The position numbers and the translations under genes were made by a program. Under the pieces are notes generated by a model that saw only the letters and a list, made by a program, of their open reading frames with translations, had not been told where the DNA came from and ran no database searches. This document shows positions 41,925 to 50,441 of a stretch of 64,000 nt of DNA, in pieces. The stretch comes from Endomicrobiia bacterium (GTDB lineage: Bacteria > Elusimicrobiota > Endomicrobiia > DTEH01), in contig JBCNUU010000004.1 of assembly GCA_039630545.1 (NCBI GenBank), forward strand, positions 1 to 64,000. The letters are read 5' to 3'. The stretch's first letter is position 1, and each line of letters starts with the position of its first letter.

Positions 41925-43186
41925 TTCTCTAACCTTTGTTTTATTTCTTTTTCTTTACCTATATCTTTAGGAAAATAAAACCATTTGTCTATATTTATAT
42001 ATTTTTGTACAACAAAACCTTCTTTATAATCATGAGGATAAAGATAACCTTGACCATGTCCTAAAGATTTTTCATCTCTATGACCATCTTTAAGATGGTC
42101 AGGTACCTCTTCAATTACACCTTTATTTATTTCTTCTTTTACTTTATTTAAAGCCTCATAACTTGCATTTGACTTTTCAGCACAAGCTAAATAACACACA
42201 ACCTGCGCAAGAATTATCTCCATCTCAGGCATTCCTACAAATTCAGCAGCCTGCAAAGCCGATGTGCTTAAAACTAAAGCATACGGATCAGCGTTTCCTA
42301 TATCTTCCGAAGCTAAAATTACAAGTCTTCTTATTATATAGCGAGGATCTTCTCCTGACAACAGCATTTTTTCCATCCAGTAAAGTGCAGCATCTGGATC
42401 TGAACCACGAATAGATTTAATTAAAGCTGAAATATGGTCGTAGTGATAATCCGAGTTTTTATCATATCTAAATGACACAGAAGGAATACATTGTTTTATT
42501 ATATCTAAAGTTATTTTATTTTTATCTAAACCTATTAAATAAGAAGAAACTATATCTATAACATTTAGTGCCTTCCTTGCATCACCATCTGCATACTTTA
42601 TAATGTATTCTATAGCATCTGGTTCTATCATAAATTGATATTTACCCAACCCCTGCTCTTTATCAGAAAGAGCCTTATTTATAATAGTTTTTATATTTTC
42701 AGCAGAAAGTTTTTTAAACTCAGCAACAAATGATCTGGAAATCAAAGCCTGATTAACATAGTAATACGGGTTTTCTGTCGTTAAACCTATAAGTATAATG
42801 TTCCCATGCTCAATTTCTGGTAATAATATATCTTGCTGATATCTATTAAAATGATGGATTTCATCTAAAATTACAACTAATCTTTCATTATATGACTTAT
42901 ATCTATTTATCATTTCTTTCAATTCAGAAATACCTACTAAAGTAGCATTTGTTTCTAACACCTCTGCTTTTGTTTTTTTAGCAATAAGTTTTGCCAATGC
43001 TGTTTTGCCTGTCCCAGATGGTCCAAATAAAATTAAAGAGAAAAGTTTATCTTGTTCTATTAAATTTCTCAAAACGGAATTTTTACTTAAAAGATGCTCT
43101 TGACCTACAAATTCTTCAAAATCTTTGGGTAGAAGTTTGCTAGCTAAAGGTATATTTTTTTGTTTTTCAACATTAAATAGATTCAT
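41885..43186 (-). CDS. rarA: Replication-associated recombination protein A (MgsA/RarA AAA+ ATPase)
   Basis: GPSGTGKT, DEIH, TTENP, KSIRGSDPDAA, SEDIGNADP, YLYPHDY; start re-called to ATG 43186. Confidence 0.95.
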   Translation of the reverse strand: MNLFNVEKQKNIPLASKLLPKDFEEFVGQEHLLSKNSVLRNLIEQDKLFSLILFGPSGTGKTALAKLIAKKTKAEVLETNATLVGISELKEMINRYKSYNERLVVILDEIHHFNRYQQDILLPEIEHGNIILIGLTTENPYYYVNQALISRSFVAEFKKLSAENIKTIINKALSDKEQGLGKYQFMIEPDAIEYIIKYADGDARKALNVIDIVSSYLIGLDKNKITLDIIKQCIPSVSFRYDKNSDYHYDHISALIKSIRGSDPDAALYWMEKMLLSGEDPRYIIRRLVILASEDIGNADPYALVLSTSALQAAEFVGMPEMEIILAQVVCYLACAEKSNASYEALNKVKEEINKGVIEEVPDHLKDGHRDEKSLGHGQGYLYPHDYKEGFVVQKYINIDKWFYFPKDIGKEKEIKQRLEKWRQMKSQKKNEF

Positions 43187-43224
43187 AAAAATAAAAAACA
43201 TAAATTAAATTACAGTTTTTTTAG

Positions 43225-43263
43225 AATATATATAAAGGAGTGAAATTAGGAAAGTTTTATGGT
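43225..43263 (+). repeat. Inverted repeat arm downstream of zapA (partner 43577-43613)
   Basis: AATATATATAAAGGAGTgAAATTAGGAAAgTTTTATGGT equals the reverse complement of 43577-43613 except for two single-base insertions. Confidence 0.92.
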
Positions 43264-43269
43264 TAGAGC

Positions 43270-43581
43270 TTAATTAGTATTTTCTTTTAAATATTTATCT
43301 ATCTCTTCTATAAGAGAATTTATTTTAAGTTCTAAATTTATTAATTTCTCTTCAGCTTTTTTTTCTAAACTGAATTTTTCTTTTGCTATTTCTAAAGAAG
43401 TATATGCGTAACTTCTCATCGTATCAATTTGATGTTGTTTTACTTCATTTAACTTTTTGTTAACCTGATCTGCTACAAGTTCAAAAAACATTTTTTCTAC
43501 AGGAGATTTAATGTCTAAAAAAATTTCCTGTGTGCCTATTTTTACTGAAAATTTCTCAATAATTTCTTGTTTATTTACCAT
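43270..43581 (-). CDS. zapA: Cell division protein ZapA-like
   Basis: 103 aa, beta-beta-alpha then coiled coil (FSVKIGTQEI...VADQVNKKL...); context of ZapB-like gene upstream and cyclo-ligase/rny downstream. Confidence 0.7.
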   Translation of the reverse strand: MVNKQEIIEKFSVKIGTQEIFLDIKSPVEKMFFELVADQVNKKLNEVKQHQIDTMRSYAYTSLEIAKEKFSLEKKAEEKLINLELKINSLIEEIDKYLKENTN

Positions 43582-43613
43582 AAAATTTCCTAATTTACTC
43601 CTTTATATATATT
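43577..43613 (-). repeat. Inverted repeat arm covering the zapA 5' UTR, RBS and start codon
   Basis: Minus strand AATATATATAAAGGAGTAAATTAGGAAATTTTATGGT; contains AAGGAG and the ATG. Confidence 0.92.
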
Positions 43614-43619
43614 TTTTAA

Positions 43620-43648
43620 AATATATATTATTAAAACCCTAAAGTCAA
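43620..43648 (-). promoter_or_regulatory. Sigma70-type promoter for zapA (TTGACT-N17-TATATT)
   Basis: -35 at 43648-43643, -10 at 43625-43620, 17-nt spacer. Confidence 0.6.
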
Positions 43649-43665
43649 TATTTATAAAAACATTA

Positions 43666-43935
43666 CTATATTTCAGAAATTTTTTCTATCAATTTTTTAA
43701 TCTTCTGTTTAACAACACCTGTCTTTGACTGAAGATGCAAGTACTCTTTATAGAAACTTTGCAGCTTTTTATTTTCTTCTTTGAGAAGATTTATATCTTG
43801 ATTAAGACGTGTATTTTCTGCTTTAAGAAGTTCAATCTGCTTTACAAATTCTTTTATCTTCTTTTCTAACAATGAAATCTGACTTTCTAAATTTTCTAAT
43901 TTGTTTAACAGACTGCTATGATTTAACTGCTCCAT
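43666..43935 (-). CDS. Coiled-coil protein, ZapB-like
   Basis: 89 aa of continuous heptads (LENLESQISLLEKKI...LKAENTRL), directly upstream of zapA. Confidence 0.6.
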   Translation of the reverse strand: MEQLNHSSLLNKLENLESQISLLEKKIKEFVKQIELLKAENTRLNQDINLLKEENKKLQSFYKEYLHLQSKTGVVKQKIKKLIEKISEI

Positions 43936-44573
43936 TATTTATTTAAATTATATCCATATTCATCAAATAACAGTGACCTTCTTCTACATTTTGGGCATAA
44001 AATTTCATAAAGATTTTCTCTTTGAGCAAACTGGACAAACTTTTTAGGACTCACATATGAACCCATTTCTTCATTTATAATCTGTATTAAATTTATATTT
44101 CCAAATGCTTTATGACCAAGTTTTTTAACAATGTATAATAGATGCGATTTCGTAGAAATTATACTATTACAAAAAGAACATACTACTAACTGATGTTTTA
44201 TTTCTTGAGATTTAAGAGTTGCTCTATCTGTGGTAGCTAAATCAAACTCTTTTGACATTACAACACCGGGTATCTTTTCATTTCTTGTTGTGCAAATCCT
44301 CGCACATTGTCCACAAAAAACACACTCATCATAATACCAGATCAAAGTTCTTTGAGCAGTTAAAGCTTCTATTTCATCTTTAAGTTTAATTGCACCAGCA
44401 GGGCATACTTCAGCACAAGCACCACAACCAATACATCCATCCTGCGAAGGTTGGGGTTTCCCACGAAAACTTTCAGGAGGAGTATGAGGTTCAAAAGGAT
44501 ATTTTGTAGTAAAAGGTCCCTTTATTAACGCTTTTATTGCTTCTTTTAATTCTCTTAATTTTGGATATTTCAT
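43935..44573 (-). CDS. Hydrogenase 2x[4Fe-4S] subunit (NuoI/MbhN/HycF-like) with extra C-terminal Cys pairs
   Basis: T.KYPF...FRGKP, CIGCGACAEVCP, CVFCGQCARIC, CSFC...CPKC. Confidence 0.88.
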   Translation of the reverse strand: MKYPKLRELKEAIKALIKGPFTTKYPFEPHTPPESFRGKPQPSQDGCIGCGACAEVCPAGAIKLKDEIEALTAQRTLIWYYDECVFCGQCARICTTRNEKIPGVVMSKEFDLATTDRATLKSQEIKHQLVVCSFCNSIISTKSHLLYIVKKLGHKAFGNINLIQIINEEMGSYVSPKKFVQFAQRENLYEILCPKCRRRSLLFDEYGYNLNK

Positions 44574-44588
44574 TGGATTAAGTATATC

Positions 44589-44918
44589 CTAATTTTTATT
44601 TTTATATTCATCACATACTGAACTACTACACATCTTTACACCAGATTTATAAGCAGCTTTAGCTAATGCATGTGATGATACTGGAGAAGTCAAAAATACA
44701 AAAAACATTACCAACAAAGCTTTTAAAGCTAAATTTGTGAAAAACCCAGAGTAAACAAATATACCAAAAAATATACCACAAGTCCCCAAAGTTACACATT
44801 TAGTAGAAGCTTGTAATCTAGTATATACATCAGGAAATCTTACTAAACCTATACATCCAATGACGTCGGCTGTTATACCTATAGAGATTATTAAAAATCC
44901 TATTATTTCATTCATCAA
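44589..44918 (-). CDS. Mrp/Mbh subunit G (MnhG/MbhC)
   Basis: GLVRFPDVYTRLQASTK, TSPVSSHALAKAA. Confidence 0.9.
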   Translation of the reverse strand: MMNEIIGFLIISIGITADVIGCIGLVRFPDVYTRLQASTKCVTLGTCGIFFGIFVYSGFFTNLALKALLVMFFVFLTSPVSSHALAKAAYKSGVKMCSSSVCDEYKNKN

Positions 44919-45243
44919 ATCTTTTACCCTCCAAATATTTTGCTAACGCTAAATTTCCAATAAAAGATTGAAGCGCCCAGGCAATTGCTATGTCTATAAA
45001 AAATGAAGCTTTTGTAAAAATAGAAAGAATACCACAGATTCCAACTATAATAAGACCCAATATGTCCGTAGCAACAGCTCTATCTGCAGGAGTTGGACCT
45101 AAAAAGATTCTGTAAAGACACAAAATTAAACTCAAAATCATAGGAGATATAAATTTAAAAACTAAATCCATTTTAATCAATGCATTGATCACAATAAATC
45201 CAATTATGAGTAGTAATCCTAATATATATCTTGTTGTCCTCAT
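44908..45243 (-). CDS. Mrp/Mbh subunit F (MnhF/MbhB)
   Basis: YRIFLGPTPADRAVATD, FIGNLALAKYL. Confidence 0.9.
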   Translation of the reverse strand: MRTTRYILGLLLIIGFIVINALIKMDLVFKFISPMILSLILCLYRIFLGPTPADRAVATDILGLIIVGICGILSIFTKASFFIDIAIAWALQSFIGNLALAKYLEGKRFDE

Positions 45244-45249
45244 ATATAT

Positions 45250-45750
45250 TTAAGAAAAAATCTTTTCTAAAATATTCTCAAACTTTTTTACTATCCTTTT
45301 AGTCGCTTCTTCTGAATCCAAACTTCTTACATAAATCCAATGCACATATATATATCCATTTTCTCTATCCACATCAACACTTAAAGTTCCAGGCGTCAAA
45401 GTTATAGAGTTAGCAAGCATTGTCAATCCAGCATCTGATTTAAGCTTTGTTTTAACCTTTACAATACCTGGTTTTATTGGCATATCAGGTAGTATAATTC
45501 TATATGCTACATCGATATTTGCCTTTATTACTTCATATAAAAAAATTATAAAATAATAAATAAACCAAAGATATCTAACCGGTTTTTTGAAACTCCATTC
45601 ATTTTGAAGATTGATATCTCCAAATAATAAAACTATCAAAAAACTACATAGTATACCTACTAATATACTATATATATCAAAACCAGACAAAATAGACCAA
45701 ATTAAGAAAATAAACAAGAATAAAAAAACTCTATTATAGAGGTATTTCAT
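45250..45750 (-). CDS. Mrp/Mbh subunit E (MnhE/MbhA)
   Basis: KANIDVA, IKPGIV, LANSITLTPGT, YVHW. Confidence 0.92.
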   Translation of the reverse strand: MKYLYNRVFLFLFIFLIWSILSGFDIYSILVGILCSFLIVLLFGDINLQNEWSFKKPVRYLWFIYYFIIFLYEVIKANIDVAYRIILPDMPIKPGIVKVKTKLKSDAGLTMLANSITLTPGTLSVDVDRENGYIYVHWIYVRSLDSEEATKRIVKKFENILEKIFS

Positions 45751-47237
45751 TTTAGAATTGTCTTATAATAAAGCGAACCTTCATATATTGTACTTTTAAT
45801 TTTAGAAAGTAACAAATCATTTATGTTTGGATATAGCAATATACCTAAAATAATACATAAAATAGCAAGTGACAACATAGAAAATTGCATAGGAAAAGGA
45901 ACCTCTTTTTTATTTTCACTGAATTTAGTATTATCCTCAATACTATAAAATCCATATTTCAATACTTTCAGAAAACTTGCTAAAGTTAAAACACTTACCG
46001 CAACCGCAACTATAGCAGCTAAAATATTTTTTGTTTCTATACAAGCAACAATAATTAGCAACTTAGACCAAAAACCATTAAAAGGAGGAACTCCTGCTAT
46101 TGATAAACTCCCAACTACTGCTGAAAATGTAGTATTTGGCATTATTTTATTTACACAACAATATTTTTTAAGGTCCCGTGTATAAAAATTGTATTCTAAA
46201 GCTCCACTAGTTAAAAAAAGTAAAGACTTAAAAATAGAATGATTCAACATATGAAACATTCCTCCTACTATTCCTGTTGGAGATCCTAATCCGATCCCGA
46301 GCAACATATATCCCACCTGACTTATTGAATGATAAGCAAGCAATCTTTTGTAATCCCATTGATATAGGGCTAGAATTACTCCAATTATCATTGACAAAAT
46401 CCCAAGATAAAAAATTATATTCAATATCTCCTGATTTTTAGGAAATACGTTAAAAATGAACCTTACTATTAGATATATACCAAGTGTTTTTATAAGAACT
46501 CCTGACAACATTGCAGAAATTGGAGCAGGAGCAGAAGGATGTGCATCTGGTAACCACCAGTGAAAAGGTACTACTGCAGCTTTTACACTAAAACCTATAA
46601 TGAATAAAAAAAGAATAATTTTGAGTATAAAACTTCTATCAAACTCTATTGTTTTAGCTATATCTGCTAAGTTAAGAGTAGATGTATAACTGTAAGTCAA
46701 AACTATTCCCAGCAAAATCAATCCTGTAGAGATAGAACCTAAAATTATATATTTAAAAGATGCCTCTAATTCGTCTTTACCTATACCATAAGCAACCAAA
46801 GCATAAGAAGAAATTGAAGCTATTTCTAAAAACACAAATATATTGAATAAATCACCACTTATTATTACTCCATTCATACCTGCAATCATAAGCTCAAACA
46901 AAGAATAAAATCCCCAACTTTCAGTATAACTTTTCATATAAGAGATCGAATATATTCCTACAAAAAATCCTACAACATTTACTAACAAAAGCATAAATAC
47001 AGTCAATGAGTCCATTACAAGAGTTATTCCATATGGTATAACCCATCCCCCAACTTGGTACACCAAAGTTATATTTTCTGATGTGTTGATATAAAATAAA
47101 CTTACAAAACTCAAAACAACAAGTAAAAAATTAACTATATTGATAAAGATCTCAGAAAAATTTTTAACAAATCTCCCTAATAGTGAGTTAATAAAAACAC
47201 CTAATAATGGCAAAATTACAAAAAATGTTATTATCAT
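45747..47237 (-). CDS. Antiporter-like subunit (MnhD/MbhH)
   Basis: GDLFNIFVFLEI, EASFKY, PFHWWLPDAHPSAPAPISAMLSG, KRLLAYHSISQ, GVPPFNGFWSK. Confidence 0.92.
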   Translation of the reverse strand: MIITFFVILPLLGVFINSLLGRFVKNFSEIFINIVNFLLVVLSFVSLFYINTSENITLVYQVGGWVIPYGITLVMDSLTVFMLLLVNVVGFFVGIYSISYMKSYTESWGFYSLFELMIAGMNGVIISGDLFNIFVFLEIASISSYALVAYGIGKDELEASFKYIILGSISTGLILLGIVLTYSYTSTLNLADIAKTIEFDRSFILKIILFLFIIGFSVKAAVVPFHWWLPDAHPSAPAPISAMLSGVLIKTLGIYLIVRFIFNVFPKNQEILNIIFYLGILSMIIGVILALYQWDYKRLLAYHSISQVGYMLLGIGLGSPTGIVGGMFHMLNHSIFKSLLFLTSGALEYNFYTRDLKKYCCVNKIMPNTTFSAVVGSLSIAGVPPFNGFWSKLLIIVACIETKNILAAIVAVAVSVLTLASFLKVLKYGFYSIEDNTKFSENKKEVPFPMQFSMLSLAILCIILGILLYPNINDLLLSKIKSTIYEGSLYYKTILK

Positions 47238-47244
47238 AGAAAAT

Positions 47245-47586
47245 TTAACCTTTTAAATTTTTAATTTCTGTAATATCAAATGTCTTATGTTTTTCATAAA
47301 TACGTAAAGCAATAGCAACCATTAAAATAGTTACAGAGAGTCCTATTACTATAGAGGTTAAAACTAATGCCTGCGGAACAGGATCTACCATTGGTTGCGT
47401 AGTTGAGTGAGTTTTTAAAAATATTGGGAAAATACCATCTTTTCTATATCCTACTACTATAAAGAACAAGTTAAGGGAGTTGTCCATTATAATAAAAGAA
47501 ATTATTATTTTTAACAAATTTTTTTTAGTTATTAAACCATATAGTCCAACAAAAAACATTGTTAAACACAAAACATATACTAACAT
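47245..47586 (-). CDS. Mrp/Mbh subunit C (MnhC/MbhG)
   Basis: KKNLLKII, VDPVPQALVLTSIVIG. Confidence 0.92.
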   Translation of the reverse strand: MLVYVLCLTMFFVGLYGLITKKNLLKIIISFIIMDNSLNLFFIVVGYRKDGIFPIFLKTHSTTQPMVDPVPQALVLTSIVIGLSVTILMVAIALRIYEKHKTFDITEIKNLKG

Positions 47587-47588
47587 AT

Positions 47589-48041
47589 TTACTCTCCCTT
47601 ATGTAAAGAAAAAAGAATAAGACACAAAAATGCACTAAGCATACCAAAACCAACCTTAAGCATAATAGCAACATTAGCAGGCAAAATAATTCCACCAGAA
47701 AACAAACTAAAAATTTTACCCTGCCCTAAAAAGTCTTTAAAAAAAATACCAGTAGCAAATCCTAAAATCGCTATAGATAAAAACATCAAACCCCCTGTTG
47801 TTTCTAAAATGGAAGCTAAATACTCATTAATCCTTCTTACTACAAAATCTTTACCATAAGCAAGAATAATATGGATAAAAGACAAAACAACAATCACACC
47901 ACCCGCAAAACCACCACCTGGACCAAGATGCCCAAAAAATGTTATATATAAACCATATAAAATAATCAATAAAATTGTCCATCTTGTAACAGTTTTTACT
48001 ATTAAAGACATTCCTGAATTATTTTTACTATTCTTTTTCAT
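47589..48041 (-). CDS. Mrp/Mbh subunit B (MnhB/MbhF)
   Basis: GHLGPGGGFAGG; start re-called to ATG 48041. Confidence 0.9.
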   Translation of the reverse strand: MKKNSKNNSGMSLIVKTVTRWTILLIILYGLYITFFGHLGPGGGFAGGVIVVLSFIHIILAYGKDFVVRRINEYLASILETTGGLMFLSIAILGFATGIFFKDFLGQGKIFSLFSGGIILPANVAIMLKVGFGMLSAFLCLILFSLHKGE

Positions 48042-48555
48042 TAGATTTACCAATTTTTCTTAGAATTAATACAGCACCTAAAATTGCTGTAAATAAAACT
48101 ACAACTTCCCCTAATGTATCATAAGCTCTATAATTTAAAATTATCGCCGAAACTACATCCACAGCACCAGTATCTTTTATAGTATTATTAACATAATATT
48201 CAGCCAATTTATATTTAGGCTTTCCAAAAGAAGGAAGATCCTTAAATGAGAACCCTACAATAGTTAAAAATACAAAAACAAAAAATATTATAGGTAGTCT
48301 TAAGAAAAAACTCTTTTTATTATAAATCGTTTCATCTCTTACAACAGTCGCTCTTATTAATATTACTAAAGACAAAATTTCAACTACAAATTGAACTATA
48401 GCAACATCAGGTGCTTGAAGTAATAAAAACAAAAGCGTTAAAATCAATCCTACTGCTCCTAAGCTTACAACTGAAGAAAGTAAATCTTTTATCTCTAAAG
48501 ATATTATAGCAGCAATTATCATTAAAAATATAAGAAGTGTAATAATGCCTTCCAT
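48028..48555 (-). CDS. MbhD-MbhE-like fusion (DUF4040 + MrpA C-terminal-like segment)
   Basis: LQAPDVAIVQFVVE and VVSAIILNYRAYDTLGEVVVL. Confidence 0.85.
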   Translation of the reverse strand: MEGIITLLIFLMIIAAIISLEIKDLLSSVVSLGAVGLILTLLFLLLQAPDVAIVQFVVEILSLVILIRATVVRDETIYNKKSFFLRLPIIFFVFVFLTIVGFSFKDLPSFGKPKYKLAEYYVNNTIKDTGAVDVVSAIILNYRAYDTLGEVVVLFTAILGAVLILRKIGKSNEKE

Positions 48556-48562
48556 AAATTAA

Positions 48563-50437
48563 TTAAAATATAAACAATATAATTAAAATTAAAATTCCTA
48601 AAAAAACCCAAGAAATATACGAATGCAAGTTCCCATTATGTAATTTTGACAAAAAATCACCAGTTTTAAAAATAAGTTTTTTCCCAAGCAGATATACATC
48701 TAAAAATTCTAATTGAATTACTGTTTTCACTAACGAAGCTAATAAAGATAAAATACCGTAGAACCAATTATAAAAATCTAATAATCTTTGTTGTGCAAAG
48801 TTATATAAAATATAAAAAGGATATGTTTCAACAATTGTAAGATAAAAATCTGTTGCAGGTATGGTGGTGTTATTTAATTTATTCTCTTCGCCTAACATAT
48901 ATACTTTTACTTTTCGTGGTTTATCTACAAATAGCATATAGATTAAACTGCCAATAATAAGACCTGTTATTAAAAGATAAAAAGCTACTTTTGCATTCCA
49001 TTCACCTGACAATTTAAAACTATAAATATTAACCATTTTACTAACTAAACTTATAGGAACTTCATAAGCAAAAACTCCAAATATTACACATAATATAGAT
49101 AACATTCCCATAGATAAAATACAGTTAAATTTTTCTATTTTTCTAGGTGAAATTTCATTTTTTTGTGTTCCAGAAAGAAATAATGAATGGAGCACTTTTA
49201 CAAAAGATGCTAAAGTCAAAGCACTTCCGAATATTGCACTTATTAATACAAACATGACAACAACTGATTTCGTAGAACCAATACTTAAAATAAGAGATTG
49301 GTATATCATCCATTTAGATACAAAACCATTAAAAGGTGGTATTCCTGCAATAGATACCGCAGCTATTAAAGTAAACAAAAAAGTGTACGGTAAAACTTTA
49401 GATAAGTTTTTAGGTTTAGAAAGTTCTACATCTTCAGCATTTTTTTCTACCATATCCGCAGATAGAAAAAGTAATGTTTTATATATTATATTATTTATCA
49501 TGTGAAAAACTCCAGCAATCATACCTATAGTAGTGCCAGTAGAAATACCTACTATCATATATCCAACTTGAGATATCGCATGATAGGACAAAAGCTTTTT
49601 CAAATTGTGTTGGTGTAAAGCCATAAAAACAGCAATTAGTATAGTTAACGCCCCTAAAAACATTAAAAATAAATGAGTTTTTAATACAAATATATCTTTT
49701 GTTACTCTTACAAACCAATAAATACCTATTATTTTATCTATAGCACCAACAACATAAGCTGAAACATTTGCAGGTAAGCTGCAGGAAGCTTCTGGTATCC
49801 AGTTGTGAAAAGGAACACTTCCTAATTTGCCTAAAGCCGCTATTATTAATAGAGTAAAAATAAGAGAATTATTTGTTACATCTAAGTTAAAACTTTCTGT
49901 TAATATATATCTTCCTGTTTTAACAATTAACAAAATAATACCTACAAAAAGACAAAAATCAGTTATAGCAATTGTTACTAGTGACTTTGTAGCTACCTTA
50001 TAGTTATCTTCTTGTGTAACGAATCTTATCATTAAATAAATTATTAATCCTAAAATTTCCCATGATATCAAAATTATTAGTAGATTTTTCGAAAAAATAA
50101 GTAGATTAGAAAAAGAAAGTATAAGGAATATAAAAGAAAAGTATGTGTTTTCTTTTCCATATGAAACTAATTCTTTAGAAAAAATAACAATAATAAATGT
50201 AAAGAAACAACATAAGATCACATTTATTGTAGAAGTAAGATCATTCGATAAAGCAATATCAAATTGTTTAACCCAAGGTAAAACAATTTCGTATTTTGAA
50301 AATAATAAATAAAAAGCACTCACCAAGCATAAAAATGAACCAACAACACTTATCCAGTAATTTTTTGTTTTTTTAAAAAACAAATTAAGTACACCTAAAG
50401 TCAAGGGTAACAAAATTGTCAATAATAAGTAGTTCAT
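48563..50437 (-). CDS. Antiporter-like subunit (NuoL/HyfB-like, long C-terminal arm)
   Basis: WEILG, PFHNWIPEA, LKKLLSYHAISQVGY, GIPPFNGFVSKW; C-terminal SKLHNGNLHSY plus TM. Confidence 0.88.
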   Translation of the reverse strand: MNYLLLTILLPLTLGVLNLFFKKTKNYWISVVGSFLCLVSAFYLLFSKYEIVLPWVKQFDIALSNDLTSTINVILCCFFTFIIVIFSKELVSYGKENTYFSFIFLILSFSNLLIFSKNLLIILISWEILGLIIYLMIRFVTQEDNYKVATKSLVTIAITDFCLFVGIILLIVKTGRYILTESFNLDVTNNSLIFTLLIIAALGKLGSVPFHNWIPEASCSLPANVSAYVVGAIDKIIGIYWFVRVTKDIFVLKTHLFLMFLGALTILIAVFMALHQHNLKKLLSYHAISQVGYMIVGISTGTTIGMIAGVFHMINNIIYKTLLFLSADMVEKNAEDVELSKPKNLSKVLPYTFLFTLIAAVSIAGIPPFNGFVSKWMIYQSLILSIGSTKSVVVMFVLISAIFGSALTLASFVKVLHSLFLSGTQKNEISPRKIEKFNCILSMGMLSILCVIFGVFAYEVPISLVSKMVNIYSFKLSGEWNAKVAFYLLITGLIIGSLIYMLFVDKPRKVKVYMLGEENKLNNTTIPATDFYLTIVETYPFYILYNFAQQRLLDFYNWFYGILSLLASLVKTVIQLEFLDVYLLGKKLIFKTGDFLSKLHNGNLHSYISWVFLGILILIILFIF

Positions 50438-50441
50438 ACTA

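Noticed and set aside
43187..43269. 6S RNA between zapA and downstream genes
   Set aside because: The gap is too short and too AT-rich for a ~180-nt 6S structure.
43259..43273. Plus-strand mini-ORF ATG GTT AGA GCT TAA (MVRA) with an SD
   Set aside because: It is the mirror of the zapA initiation region within the inverted repeat, and no convincing plus-strand promoter was found.
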